This document shows positions 25,221 to 34,254 of a DNA stretch of 64,000 nucleotides, one piece after another (position 1 is the stretch's first letter; the number at the start of each line of letters is the position of its first letter). Both the position numbers and the translations under genes were made by a program. Origin of the DNA: Planctomycetota bacterium (GTDB lineage Bacteria; Planctomycetota; Brocadiia; JAADGH01); contig JBFMAD010000002.1 in assembly GCA_040755855.1 (NCBI GenBank), forward strand, positions 224,001 to 288,000. The letters are read 5' to 3'. The notes beneath the pieces were generated by a model, which was given only the letters and a program-made list of their open reading frames with translations, had not been told where the DNA came from and ran no database searches.

Positions 25221-26456
25221 CTATATCTTCGCCCCGACCTCCTTGGCCAGGGCGGCCCAGTCGGCAAGGCGTTTCGGATTGCGATTGGTCGTCTCCAGCT
25301 CCTGCAGGACGATCTGCATCGGGCAGCCCTTGGCCTTCGTCAGCCCGTCTCTCAGGTGCTTCCGCACATCGGACAGGTCGGGCGAATAGACCACATCCGT
25401 CGCCTTCTGCCGCCACTCGATGCAGTAGCGGCCGCCCGTGGCCTGGGCGAGCTTGCCAATATCGGTCCATGCGGAACATACGAATTTGCGGAGGTTTGGG
25501 ATGCTCAGGACCATGCTGATCTTGTTCGTCAGGTCCTCGCAGCAGCCGTAGAACGTCAGGCCGAAGCGCTCGAGGATCGGCTTCTGGTATTGCAGCAGGA
25601 ATTTCTCATAGAGCGCGGGCGAGACGCCCTGGAACTCCTGGCTCTCGCCCCGGCCCCACTGGTCGCGCAGGCGGACATGCTCCCCGTCGAAATCCGGCTG
25701 GGGCAGGTCGTCGCAGGCCATCTTGTTTGTGTTGTTCAGCGTGAGGACCCCTGCCTTCTCGTATTGGCCCATCACGCTGAGGTGCCCCTCCATGAGCGTG
25801 CGCATGAGGTGGTGCACCCACGCGGGCCGGTCCATCAGATCAACCAGGAGCTGCTCGACGCCGCGGAGTTGCGTCGCCCAGCCGTGCAGCCAGGCGCCCG
25901 CCCCCGGCACGGCGCAGGTCAACTTCACGGGAAGGATGTCGCCGAGGAGGTCGTCCATCCGGCTCAGGTTTGCCTGCGTGGCCGCGTCGTCGTAGTGATA
26001 ATGCGGCGGGACGATCTTCTCGATGTCGGCCTCGTCCTTGATCGGCGGGTCGTAGGCCCAGGCGGTGCGCGTGATGTCGTCGTGCTTCGTATTGATGTGC
26101 TTAACGGGCAGGCCCCAGAGGTGCTGGCCATCGAGGCGCATCACGGGGGCGACCGGCATCCACGGGTCGAGGACGGTGTCGTCGCCGAGGTCCCACTTGT
26201 AGAGCTGCTTGCGGAGTTCGTACTCGATCCCGGCGAGCCATTTGTCCTGCGACGTGACGACGCTCTGGGGCAGCGCCTCCATCCACGCGCCCGACCCGAG
26301 GTTGCAGATCACCGCCGGTCGGTCGGTCTTGCGGAGGCTGTTCACATCGCACCAGAGCTCCAGGCGGTTCTTATTCTCCTGCGTGTCGGCCAGCTCCGCG
26401 ACCTTGCGGGCCAGCTCGCGCACCGTATCGCGCTCCTTGGGGTCGGTCGTTGTCAT
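25221..26456 (-). CDS. Uroporphyrinogen decarboxylase / MtaA-like fold protein
   Basis: ATG at 26456 after AAGGAG; 'LRGVEQLLVDLMDRP', 'SQEFQGVSP', 'YGCCEDL'. Confidence 0.75.
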   Translation of the reverse strand: MTTTDPKERDTVRELARKVAELADTQENKNRLELWCDVNSLRKTDRPAVICNLGSGAWMEALPQSVVTSQDKWLAGIEYELRKQLYKWDLGDDTVLDPWMPVAPVMRLDGQHLWGLPVKHINTKHDDITRTAWAYDPPIKDEADIEKIVPPHYHYDDAATQANLSRMDDLLGDILPVKLTCAVPGAGAWLHGWATQLRGVEQLLVDLMDRPAWVHHLMRTLMEGHLSVMGQYEKAGVLTLNNTNKMACDDLPQPDFDGEHVRLRDQWGRGESQEFQGVSPALYEKFLLQYQKPILERFGLTFYGCCEDLTNKISMVLSIPNLRKFVCSAWTDIGKLAQATGGRYCIEWRQKATDVVYSPDLSDVRKHLRDGLTKAKGCPMQIVLQELETTNRNPKRLADWAALAKEVGAKI

Positions 26457-26621
26457 TCGCGATCTCCTTTGTCGGTGTCCTCGTTTCATTCTGCGAGACA
26501 GTGAAACGATGGTACCCTCCGGCGCTGGGAAAAGCAAGCGTCCATTGCTGCGGCGTGTTGTTCATGCGACGGGAACGGCGTTTGCGCATCCCTCCATTGG
26601 CTCGAAATGGGGGGCGGAAGC

Positions 26622-26679
26622 TGACGAAAAATGTCACATTCCGCTCCGGTCTTGGGCCGATGTGACGCAGATTGTCACA
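26622..26679. promoter_or_regulatory. Twin TGAC-N7-GTCA operators in a divergent intergenic region
   Basis: TGACGAAAAATGTCACAT (26622) and TGTGACGCAGATTGTCACAT (26661). Confidence 0.6.
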
Positions 26680-26743
26680 TGGCGCGTCTCGATAAGACTT
26701 GGTCCGGCAAGAAGTTACGCGCTTGTTACAAAAAGGAGTGGTC

Positions 26744-28318
26744 ATGAGAAAGCTGTCGCGCCCCTTGCGATGGATGCTGGTCATCGTCCTGTTGGTGAGT
26801 CAGAACGCCATGGCCTGCGGCGTATGCATGGACGAGGATATCCGCACGTGGTTACCGTTTGTGGACAAGCTGATGATCCTGTGCCTCTTGTGGATCGTCG
26901 CGGTGGTTATCGTGAAGACCAGGCGACGGCAGAGCGAAGAGGGCATCCCGGATCGCGGGCGGGGCCGTCGGCAACTCTTCGGGACGGTCCTTGTCGGGGC
27001 TGTGGGGACATTCATAATCATGTATGTCTTGGCGGTCCAGCAACCGGAACCATACGTCCTGTTGATGATCTCGCCGATATACGAGGGAATGGCTTATGCC
27101 GGGATCAACCCCTTCTGGTCCCTGCCTGCATTTCTTGTGATCTGGAGTGTTGGAGTAGCCATAACGGCGCGACTCGATCCGGACGACCCATGTTCGTCCT
27201 GCCGAGCGGCTGCTTGGCGGGCCGCCCGCGATATGATAGTTGTCCTTCTGTTCCTCGGAGGCGTGGCGGCGGGGATCATCTACGTGCTTCAATGTCCCGC
27301 AAAGGGGCGCCCGATCGTTCTCGCCGAACTTGTTGTCCTGTGTGAACTGCTCCTTGCCTTGCTGTTGATCCGAAGACGATCCCATCGGCGCGAGGGGATT
27401 CCATGGCGCGTTGTCATCGGCGCCGCGCTTCTATCCACCATCGGGTTGAGTATTATGTGCTGCCTTGCCTACATGAGCGTTTTGACTCCAAGCCTTCTCA
27501 TCGGGATTGTGTGGGCAGTGTATGTGACCCGCAAGGTGATCGAAGCCGCCCGCCGCCGTCCCTGTCAGCAAGAAGCAAGGGCGTTGCTTCGCGTAAACGC
27601 CGCCTTTCTCGCACTTGCCATTCTCTGCGTGCCGGGGAGCTACGCCTATGCGCGCTCGGTGCGGGGCATGATCGGCAGGCTCGGCGCCTCCCGTTCCACC
27701 GACGACTATCTCCGCCGCGAGCTTATCGCCAGGGCCGAATCGTCAGTAAAGCCGATCATTGGCGTAACACGAAGGGCGATAAGGCGTTATGATGGCACGG
27801 AGGACAGTGAGTGGGCGCGTAGCCGCGCGCTCTCGTCCGCGTTCCACTGCCTGGGCGAGATCGGCGGGTCGGAGGCCGAGGCGTTCCTTGCCGCCGTGGT
27901 CCGGGGCGACGCGGGCCTTGCGAATGCCGGCAAGTTGCATGTCTATCCTGAAGCATGTATTGCATACGCAAAGTGCGCCGGGGGCCGGGCTGTTGCCGAC
28001 CTCATTGCGGCCTATCGCCGGACCGATGACGACGTCGCCCGCGCCGCGATCTTGGCCGCCTTGGTTCGGACCGCCGACAAGGACGCCATCCCGTACGTCC
28101 TGAGCCACATGGACGTCCTCCTGGAAAACGATGGCTACGGCTACGATCATGAGCGTGAGGTGCAACTGGCCCGCCGTGCAATTGTGTATGGGGCGGGGAT
28201 TGCGGACCTGAAAAATCCTGAGAACATCCAGCCTAAGGGCGGTCTGGGTTCGCCGGAGACCGCGTGGCGCGAGAGGAAGACCGAGATATGGGAGAAGTGG
28301 GAACGGGTATTTGAGTAA
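26744..28318 (+). CDS. Multi-pass membrane protein with C-terminal HEAT-like domain
   Basis: ATG after AAGGAG; many hydrophobic segments; 'CLGEIGGSEAEAFL', 'ARAAILAALV'. Confidence 0.75.
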   Translation: MRKLSRPLRWMLVIVLLVSQNAMACGVCMDEDIRTWLPFVDKLMILCLLWIVAVVIVKTRRRQSEEGIPDRGRGRRQLFGTVLVGAVGTFIIMYVLAVQQPEPYVLLMISPIYEGMAYAGINPFWSLPAFLVIWSVGVAITARLDPDDPCSSCRAAAWRAARDMIVVLLFLGGVAAGIIYVLQCPAKGRPIVLAELVVLCELLLALLLIRRRSHRREGIPWRVVIGAALLSTIGLSIMCCLAYMSVLTPSLLIGIVWAVYVTRKVIEAARRRPCQQEARALLRVNAAFLALAILCVPGSYAYARSVRGMIGRLGASRSTDDYLRRELIARAESSVKPIIGVTRRAIRRYDGTEDSEWARSRALSSAFHCLGEIGGSEAEAFLAAVVRGDAGLANAGKLHVYPEACIAYAKCAGGRAVADLIAAYRRTDDDVARAAILAALVRTADKDAIPYVLSHMDVLLENDGYGYDHEREVQLARRAIVYGAGIADLKNPENIQPKGGLGSPETAWRERKTEIWEKWERVFE

Positions 28319-28354
28319 TCCGATCGAAGAGCATTTTGAGAAGGGAGGTTGGCA

Positions 28355-29998
28355 ATGACAGACGAACCGCGCGGTGTTCAACCTGGGGTCGTTGCGGAAG
28401 TCGGCAAGGTCGCGCTCGGCTTCCTGAGCCGACACAACATCCTCTATCTGCTGAGCGCGATGCTGATGCTCCTCGGGTGTTACCTGATCTCCATGCCGTA
28501 CCTCTTTCGCTATCGCGAGATCGGCGGGCTGGTCGTCCTGCTGGGGATCATCAACGTGTATGAAGCCATGGTCATCCTGACCTGCTGCTTCATCATCCGC
28601 CGCGACGCGAGCCGGCCGGAGTGCGCCGTGCTCCTGCTTGTGGAACTGCTGTTCCTCTTCGACGCCACGTTCACGATCAACGCCTGCATGCCTGTTCACT
28701 TCAGTTGGGGTATAGCCATCGCCACCGCGAGCTTGGCGCTCGTGTTCCTCAAGCTGCTCGCTCTGGAGGCCGGCGCCGGGGCGCGCGTGTTCGCGGGTGC
28801 AAAGGCGTTCCTCCTGCTGACGGCTGCGTTTCTGTGCGCCTTCCAGTCGTTCCTTATGTGGCCGCAGGCCGGGCCGGCCGCACAGCAATGGCTGTCGTAC
28901 ATGGTCTGGGGCGTTTTCGGCGTATTGCCCCTGCTCCTCCTGCTGCTGAGGCTCGACCCGGACCGCGACACCGGGAGTTGCGCCATGCCGTGGTGGCGGA
29001 CCGGCGCCTTCCGGAGAACCGCCGTCTGCATCGCGCTGATCCTCGTCGCCATCCAGGTGACGGGACAAACATGGGTCCATCAGATGCCGTTCTGCGTCGA
29101 GTTCCTACTGCCGGCGGCGATCAGCATCGCCGTGATCCTCCCGGTGATGATTCCATCCATGAGCCAAACGACGCTCGACGCCGTGCGCGGCATCGCGCTG
29201 ACCATTGCGTTCGCTCTCGCCCTGATCGCCGGGAAAGAGGTTACGCATACGGTCTCTATCCTGGGACAAAAAGCCGTGCTTTCGCCCTTCCGCATCGCCG
29301 CGCTGTTCGGTGCTGCGGCCTTTCTGCTGATGTGGCGTCGCGAGCGGAGCCGGTTTCATCTCCACGGCCTCTCCATCCTCCTGGCCGTGGCGATAATGGG
29401 GTTCGACAACGATAGTATCTTCGCCTTCTTCCATCGTCCCGCGCTGGCCAAGGTCGGCGCGATCATGCCTGTCGCCGTGCTCTGGGTCCTGTTCACAAGG
29501 AGCTACGCCCACGCCCTGCTCGTGATGACCGCCATGCTCGGTCTGACGCTCAAGGCCATTGACCAGTGTCACGTGAACCTGACGCTTCGGCTCGAGATGC
29601 TTCGCTGGTGGCCCATCCTGGCTCTGGTCCTCATGTATGTTATGCGCAGGAACCGCACCCGATGGCAGACGATCCTGATCGCGCTGATCTTCTGCATCGG
29701 CCTCGCCGGGCGCGTCCCGGAGTTTGCCCTGCCGCACATCATCTACTACTGGTGCGGTTTGGCAGCCATCCTGCCGGCGGCGGTGTGGGTCAGGAGGTCG
29801 CACATCTACACGCTCCTGGCATACCTCGTCATGGCCGTGCCGGACTGCTACGCCCTGCCGATCCCGCGCGCGGCGGTCCACTGGGGCGGGGTGCTGATCG
29901 GGGCCGCGTTCGTGCTCTTTGCTCTCGGGTTTCTCCTCACCCGGCGGTCATTGCGCCCGTCCCCGCCGAACGTCCAGGACGGCAATAGCGTTCCATAG
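28355..29998 (+). CDS. Polytopic membrane protein of unknown function
   Basis: ATG after GGGAGG; hydrophobic throughout; N-terminal 'HNILYLLSAMLMLLG...YE...LFLFDATF'. Confidence 0.8.
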   Translation: MTDEPRGVQPGVVAEVGKVALGFLSRHNILYLLSAMLMLLGCYLISMPYLFRYREIGGLVVLLGIINVYEAMVILTCCFIIRRDASRPECAVLLLVELLFLFDATFTINACMPVHFSWGIAIATASLALVFLKLLALEAGAGARVFAGAKAFLLLTAAFLCAFQSFLMWPQAGPAAQQWLSYMVWGVFGVLPLLLLLLRLDPDRDTGSCAMPWWRTGAFRRTAVCIALILVAIQVTGQTWVHQMPFCVEFLLPAAISIAVILPVMIPSMSQTTLDAVRGIALTIAFALALIAGKEVTHTVSILGQKAVLSPFRIAALFGAAAFLLMWRRERSRFHLHGLSILLAVAIMGFDNDSIFAFFHRPALAKVGAIMPVAVLWVLFTRSYAHALLVMTAMLGLTLKAIDQCHVNLTLRLEMLRWWPILALVLMYVMRRNRTRWQTILIALIFCIGLAGRVPEFALPHIIYYWCGLAAILPAAVWVRRSHIYTLLAYLVMAVPDCYALPIPRAAVHWGGVLIGAAFVLFALGFLLTRRSLRPSPPNVQDGNSVP

Positions 29999-30048
29999 GT
30001 CCCGCCGCCGGAATGCGGTGGAATGCTCTTTGAATATATCAGGTCTGC

Positions 30049-30178
30049 TTAACACTAACTAACAACAAATGATAGGATACACGCGTTGACCATTTGCCGA
30101 AAATCTCAGGAGAATCGGGTAGGAATGTGGCGGGTCGTCATAATCAAAGACATAAACGCTGTATTATAAGCTCTTATG
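30049..30178. repeat. AT-rich 130-bp inverted-arm element (copy 2, degenerate)
   Basis: TTAAC...TGATAG...TGAC (30049-30090), 46-bp core, GTCAT...CATAA...TAAG...TTA (30137-30178); same geometry as 1406-1535. Confidence 0.45.
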
Positions 30179-30230
30179 AAGGTCTGACCTTTCTGGCACC
30201 CATACATAACAACAGGAGGCGCAGCTTTGC

Positions 30231-31697
30231 TCATGCGACGACCGGCTCGATGTTGAACAGTCGGCAGAAGTGCACCAGCTCGTCCTTGTAGTCGCCGTAG
30301 AAGAAGACCTGGTGGAACCCCGGATAGGCCAGGACGTCCGTCACGCCGTCGAACCGGACCATGACCGAGACGACGCACCCGCCGGCCGGGGGGACGGAGA
30401 CATTCTCCAGCACCTCGCCCGCGGAGATGATCATCTTCGCCGGCTGGCCTTGCTTCGCGCTGGGGAGCACGTCCGCCGAGGTCACCCGCTGGCCGCGACG
30501 CCACAGCGTCCGCGGCACGGCGTCGCGATTGCCATGATGATGGCACAACTCGAACGGCTCCGGCGGCCGCGAGAAGCCGTTCAACCTCGTCGGGCAGGAG
30601 CAATGGGCCCCGATGATCGCCCCGCGCGCGGTCTCGGCCACCGGGTCCTGCTGGAAGCCAGGGCGGTCGAAGAGGTACTGCACGATGGCGTGCGTCGCCG
30701 CGGCCCCGAGGTCCGCCTCGCACGCCGCGGGGATGCCGTCGTCGTTCATCCGCGACCAGGCGATGCAGGGCAGGCTCACCTTCGTGCGGCCCAGCGCGCC
30801 CAGGCAGTCCATGGTGATCGCGTCGCCCTGCTCCTGCTCAAGGATCGTCCGCGCCACGATGTAGCTCTTGACGCCGTTGATCACATCGTCCCGGCTTGCG
30901 CCCGCCACCCTCCTGGCACGCCGCGTGTAGTCGTCGGCGATGGCGAGGACCTCTTCCGTGGCGGGGGTCTTCTGATATTCGTCCAAGAAGGTCTTCGCCG
31001 GCACATACCGGAGCTTCATGCCGAGATGGGGCATCTCGACATCGCGTCGCTCCGTTCCCTTGATGACGATGCAGCGCGTGGCGCGGAGCTTCGCCCCCGC
31101 GTGGAGCATCTTCATGCCGTACCTCACCTGGCTGAAGTCGTCGGTCGAGCAGATGAAGCATCCCGTCTTCTGGGACGGCTTTGCGGTATTGGTGGTAAAG
31201 GAACTGCCCACCGGCGAAAAGACGACGGTCGGTATGGCCGCGTCAATCGCCTTCTCCGCCGTCGGCCAGGCGTGCTGCTGCCGGTCGAGGAGGAGGACGA
31301 GCAAGCCGTTGGCCTTGGCCTCCTTGGCGGCCTGGAGCCATGCGTCGGCCTCTTGCGCGCTGTGGATCGGCTCGGGGCGCAGTTCGAGTTTGATCGGAAG
31401 CGCCTCCGCCTCGGCGGCGACGAGGGATGTGTATTTCCTCCGCGCCGCCTCGCCGTCATATACCGCCCCCGGCCAGGACATCCCATAGTCGCCCTTCCTG
31501 CGGACAAAGGCGGCGTGGACCGTCGGGACGCAGCGCGACGCCGGCCCCTCGGCCTGGACCTTGCGCACGATGGCATTGTTGACGGCCAGACAGCCGGTCA
31601 GCGCCGACGCGGAGACCGCGGAGGCGGCGGCGAGAAACTCCCTCCGACTGAAGCAACGACGCGACGGACATCCCCTGGTACGCTTTTTGTCGGACAT
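30231..31697 (-). CDS. Tat-signal protein, L-fucose/L-arabinose isomerase-like
   Basis: 'SRREFL'; 'DAITMDCL', 'GIPAACEADL', 'IIGAHCSCP', 'GFHQVFFYGDY'. Confidence 0.7.
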   Translation of the reverse strand: MSDKKRTRGCPSRRCFSRREFLAAASAVSASALTGCLAVNNAIVRKVQAEGPASRCVPTVHAAFVRRKGDYGMSWPGAVYDGEAARRKYTSLVAAEAEALPIKLELRPEPIHSAQEADAWLQAAKEAKANGLLVLLLDRQQHAWPTAEKAIDAAIPTVVFSPVGSSFTTNTAKPSQKTGCFICSTDDFSQVRYGMKMLHAGAKLRATRCIVIKGTERRDVEMPHLGMKLRYVPAKTFLDEYQKTPATEEVLAIADDYTRRARRVAGASRDDVINGVKSYIVARTILEQEQGDAITMDCLGALGRTKVSLPCIAWSRMNDDGIPAACEADLGAAATHAIVQYLFDRPGFQQDPVAETARGAIIGAHCSCPTRLNGFSRPPEPFELCHHHGNRDAVPRTLWRRGQRVTSADVLPSAKQGQPAKMIISAGEVLENVSVPPAGGCVVSVMVRFDGVTDVLAYPGFHQVFFYGDYKDELVHFCRLFNIEPVVA

Positions 31698-32025
31698 TCC
31701 TCTCCCCTTCCAATGCGCCACGTGACCGACGAAAGACTACATGCATAAAACGTGCGGAGTCAAGAAAAATACACCCCACGGCCCCACGGAAGAGTCCCCT
31801 ATCCATTTCGGAAACCAATCCATCCGGCGACGATCTCCATAGAGGTATGTCATGCAGGGGCAAGGGGCGCTACCCCCTTGCTATACTCTTCTCGCGGCAT
31901 CCTGGTTCACCTTTTCCTTATACCACTTCCTCGCCCTCTCTGATATACTATTTCCCCGGCCACTCCCCACGCACGGAGAGATGCGGCCCCTATGACCATG
32001 CAGGTGGATTGAAAGGATCGCACAT

Positions 32026-34242
32026 ATGTCGTTCTCCAAGGCGCTTCGACTCTTCACCCGTTGGCCGTCCTTTGCAGAAAGGTACTGGTGGAATTCCCCC
32101 GACCGCCCGGAGCTCGGCTGTTTCGGCACAGGCTATAACGGCTGGGGCGTGCAGACGAATCAGAAGTATCTCGCCTCACTCGCCGTCCTCGCATCCGACC
32201 CAGACTTCGACGAGGCCGCCTGCGGCATGAGCCGAGAGGCGCTGCTCGACCGTGTTCGCCGGGCGCTGCGATTCTCTCTCGAAAGTCACGTCGAGGGGTC
32301 GTATCACTGCACCGACGGGACGAAATGGGGCCACACATGGATCTCGGCCCTCGGCATCGAACGGATGATGCACGGCCTCGACGCCATGCAGGATCACCTG
32401 ACCGATGAGGACAGAACCAAGATTCGCCGCCTCCTTGTGTCCGAGGCCGACTGGCTGCTCGACTATAAAATTCAGGGGACCGTCTGGGCGCACGACGGCG
32501 GCAACAAGCCCGAGTCCAACATCTGGAACGGGGCCATCTCCGCCCGCGCCGCGCTGATGTATCCCGATGAACTCCACGCGGGCGACTGGATGGAAAAGGC
32601 GCATCGCTTCTTCATCAATGGCATCTCGGTGCGGGCCGACGCCCACGACGATACCCTCCTGGCCGGCAAGCCGATCCGCGAACGCCATGTGGGGCCGAAC
32701 TTCTTCGACCATTACGCCCTCGACCATCACAGCTACCTCAACGTGGGATACATGGTGGTCTGCCTCAGCAACATCGCCATGCTTCATTACGGCCTTACCC
32801 GCCGCGGCATCGAACCGCCCCAGTCGCTCTACCACCACGCCGCCGACCTGTGGCAGCTTATCCGGCGGCTCGTCTTTGCCGATGGCCGTCTGTGCCGCAT
32901 CGGGGGCGATTCGCGCCAGCGCTATTGCTACTGCCAAGACTACCTCCTGCCCACGCTGATCTTCGCCGCCGGCCACTTAGGCGATGCGCACGCCGCGGCG
33001 CTGGCACGCAACCAGCTGAAACTGATCCAGGCGGAGCAGGACGCGAACGGCAGTTTCCTCTCGCGGCGGCTGGGGTATATCGGCGCGAACAACACGCACT
33101 ACTTCTGTCGCATCGAATCGGACAAGGCGGTCGTGCTCTCCATGGCGCGCTATTGGGGACGGGGACTCAAGCTCCCGAAGACGCGGCAGCCCTTTGAGGA
33201 TTCCGTCCAGGGCGGATGGGAGGAGCCGGAGCACGGGGCCATGTTCCACCGATGCCCCACGCGGATCGTCTCGTGGAGCTGGCGGGCGAACCTCGCGGAG
33301 TCGCCCCAGGGCCTCTGCCTCCCGCCTAGCAACGGCCATCTGGCCGAGTGGGAGAAGAACCTCGCCGGCGCGGTCATCCCCGCAGCGGAGCGGCACAGCG
33401 AGGGCAAACGCGAGCAGCGGCTTGTCCGCCACAAACAATGGTCCTTCGATGGCGGCTTCCTGACGATCGGCGAGGTCGTGGACGGACTGAATGTCTATAT
33501 CGGGGAGGGGTGGTCGGCCCCCGAGACGGCCCGACATCAAATCGCCTTCGCCGCCCTCCCCGACGGTCACACGGCGGTGCGCCTCGAACATGCCCGCGTG
33601 CCGGATCGGCGCGTCTATCTGGCCCGAATCGAGGGCGTCCGCATGAACGTGCCGAACGACATTTTCAACAAGATGAAACGCCGCTACATCACAAAGAACG
33701 GCGATCAGATCGTCAGGTCCAGACTCGGCAAGAGGCAGGTCATCAACTTAGACTCACCGTGGGTCAATGTGGAGGACTCGATCGGTCTCATCGGCGTCTA
33801 CGGCGGCGATGCATGGACCATCCTCCAACACGGCGAGCGCACGGGTGGCTACCGCGGCAGCATCCTCGCCGACGTCCTCTGCTTCCCGTTCCGGGAGGGG
33901 TTTTGGGATGTGTACGGCTCGGAAGTCGTTCTTGATACGGGGTGCGTGATCCTGTCTTCGGTTGATGCCGCAAAGACGGGCGGCCTGTTCGAGAGCGGCA
34001 TGGCGCGGCGATTGACATGCGATGAGGCCGACGCCCGCGCGGTGCGCGTGCGCGCGCTCGACGGCAAGACCTACATTCTCCTCGCAAACTTCTCGAAGAC
34101 GGAGGGCCGCGTCACCGCGGCTCTCGAAGCGGAGGGGAATCTGTGCCATATCTCGTCGGGCGAGCGCGTCTCCGCCCGCAACGGAAAGCTCTCGCTGAAT
34201 CTCGAACCGGGCATGGCGGCGTTGCTGCGGGCATTGCCCTGA
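32026..34242 (+). CDS. Hypothetical protein (possible glycan lyase/hydrolase-like helical + beta protein)
   Basis: 738-aa ORF with RBS AAAGGA and GC3-biased codons; aromatic/His motifs 'WGHTWIS', 'DHHSYLNVGY'. Confidence 0.7.
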   Translation: MSFSKALRLFTRWPSFAERYWWNSPDRPELGCFGTGYNGWGVQTNQKYLASLAVLASDPDFDEAACGMSREALLDRVRRALRFSLESHVEGSYHCTDGTKWGHTWISALGIERMMHGLDAMQDHLTDEDRTKIRRLLVSEADWLLDYKIQGTVWAHDGGNKPESNIWNGAISARAALMYPDELHAGDWMEKAHRFFINGISVRADAHDDTLLAGKPIRERHVGPNFFDHYALDHHSYLNVGYMVVCLSNIAMLHYGLTRRGIEPPQSLYHHAADLWQLIRRLVFADGRLCRIGGDSRQRYCYCQDYLLPTLIFAAGHLGDAHAAALARNQLKLIQAEQDANGSFLSRRLGYIGANNTHYFCRIESDKAVVLSMARYWGRGLKLPKTRQPFEDSVQGGWEEPEHGAMFHRCPTRIVSWSWRANLAESPQGLCLPPSNGHLAEWEKNLAGAVIPAAERHSEGKREQRLVRHKQWSFDGGFLTIGEVVDGLNVYIGEGWSAPETARHQIAFAALPDGHTAVRLEHARVPDRRVYLARIEGVRMNVPNDIFNKMKRRYITKNGDQIVRSRLGKRQVINLDSPWVNVEDSIGLIGVYGGDAWTILQHGERTGGYRGSILADVLCFPFREGFWDVYGSEVVLDTGCVILSSVDAAKTGGLFESGMARRLTCDEADARAVRVRALDGKTYILLANFSKTEGRVTAALEAEGNLCHISSGERVSARNGKLSLNLEPGMAALLRALP

Positions 34243-34254
34243 AAGGAGAAACCG

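Noticed and set aside
31860..31880. Hairpin GCAAGGGG-cgcta-CCCCTTGC as terminator or riboswitch
   Set aside because: Lies between divergent genes, has no U tract and shows no recognisable aptamer motif.
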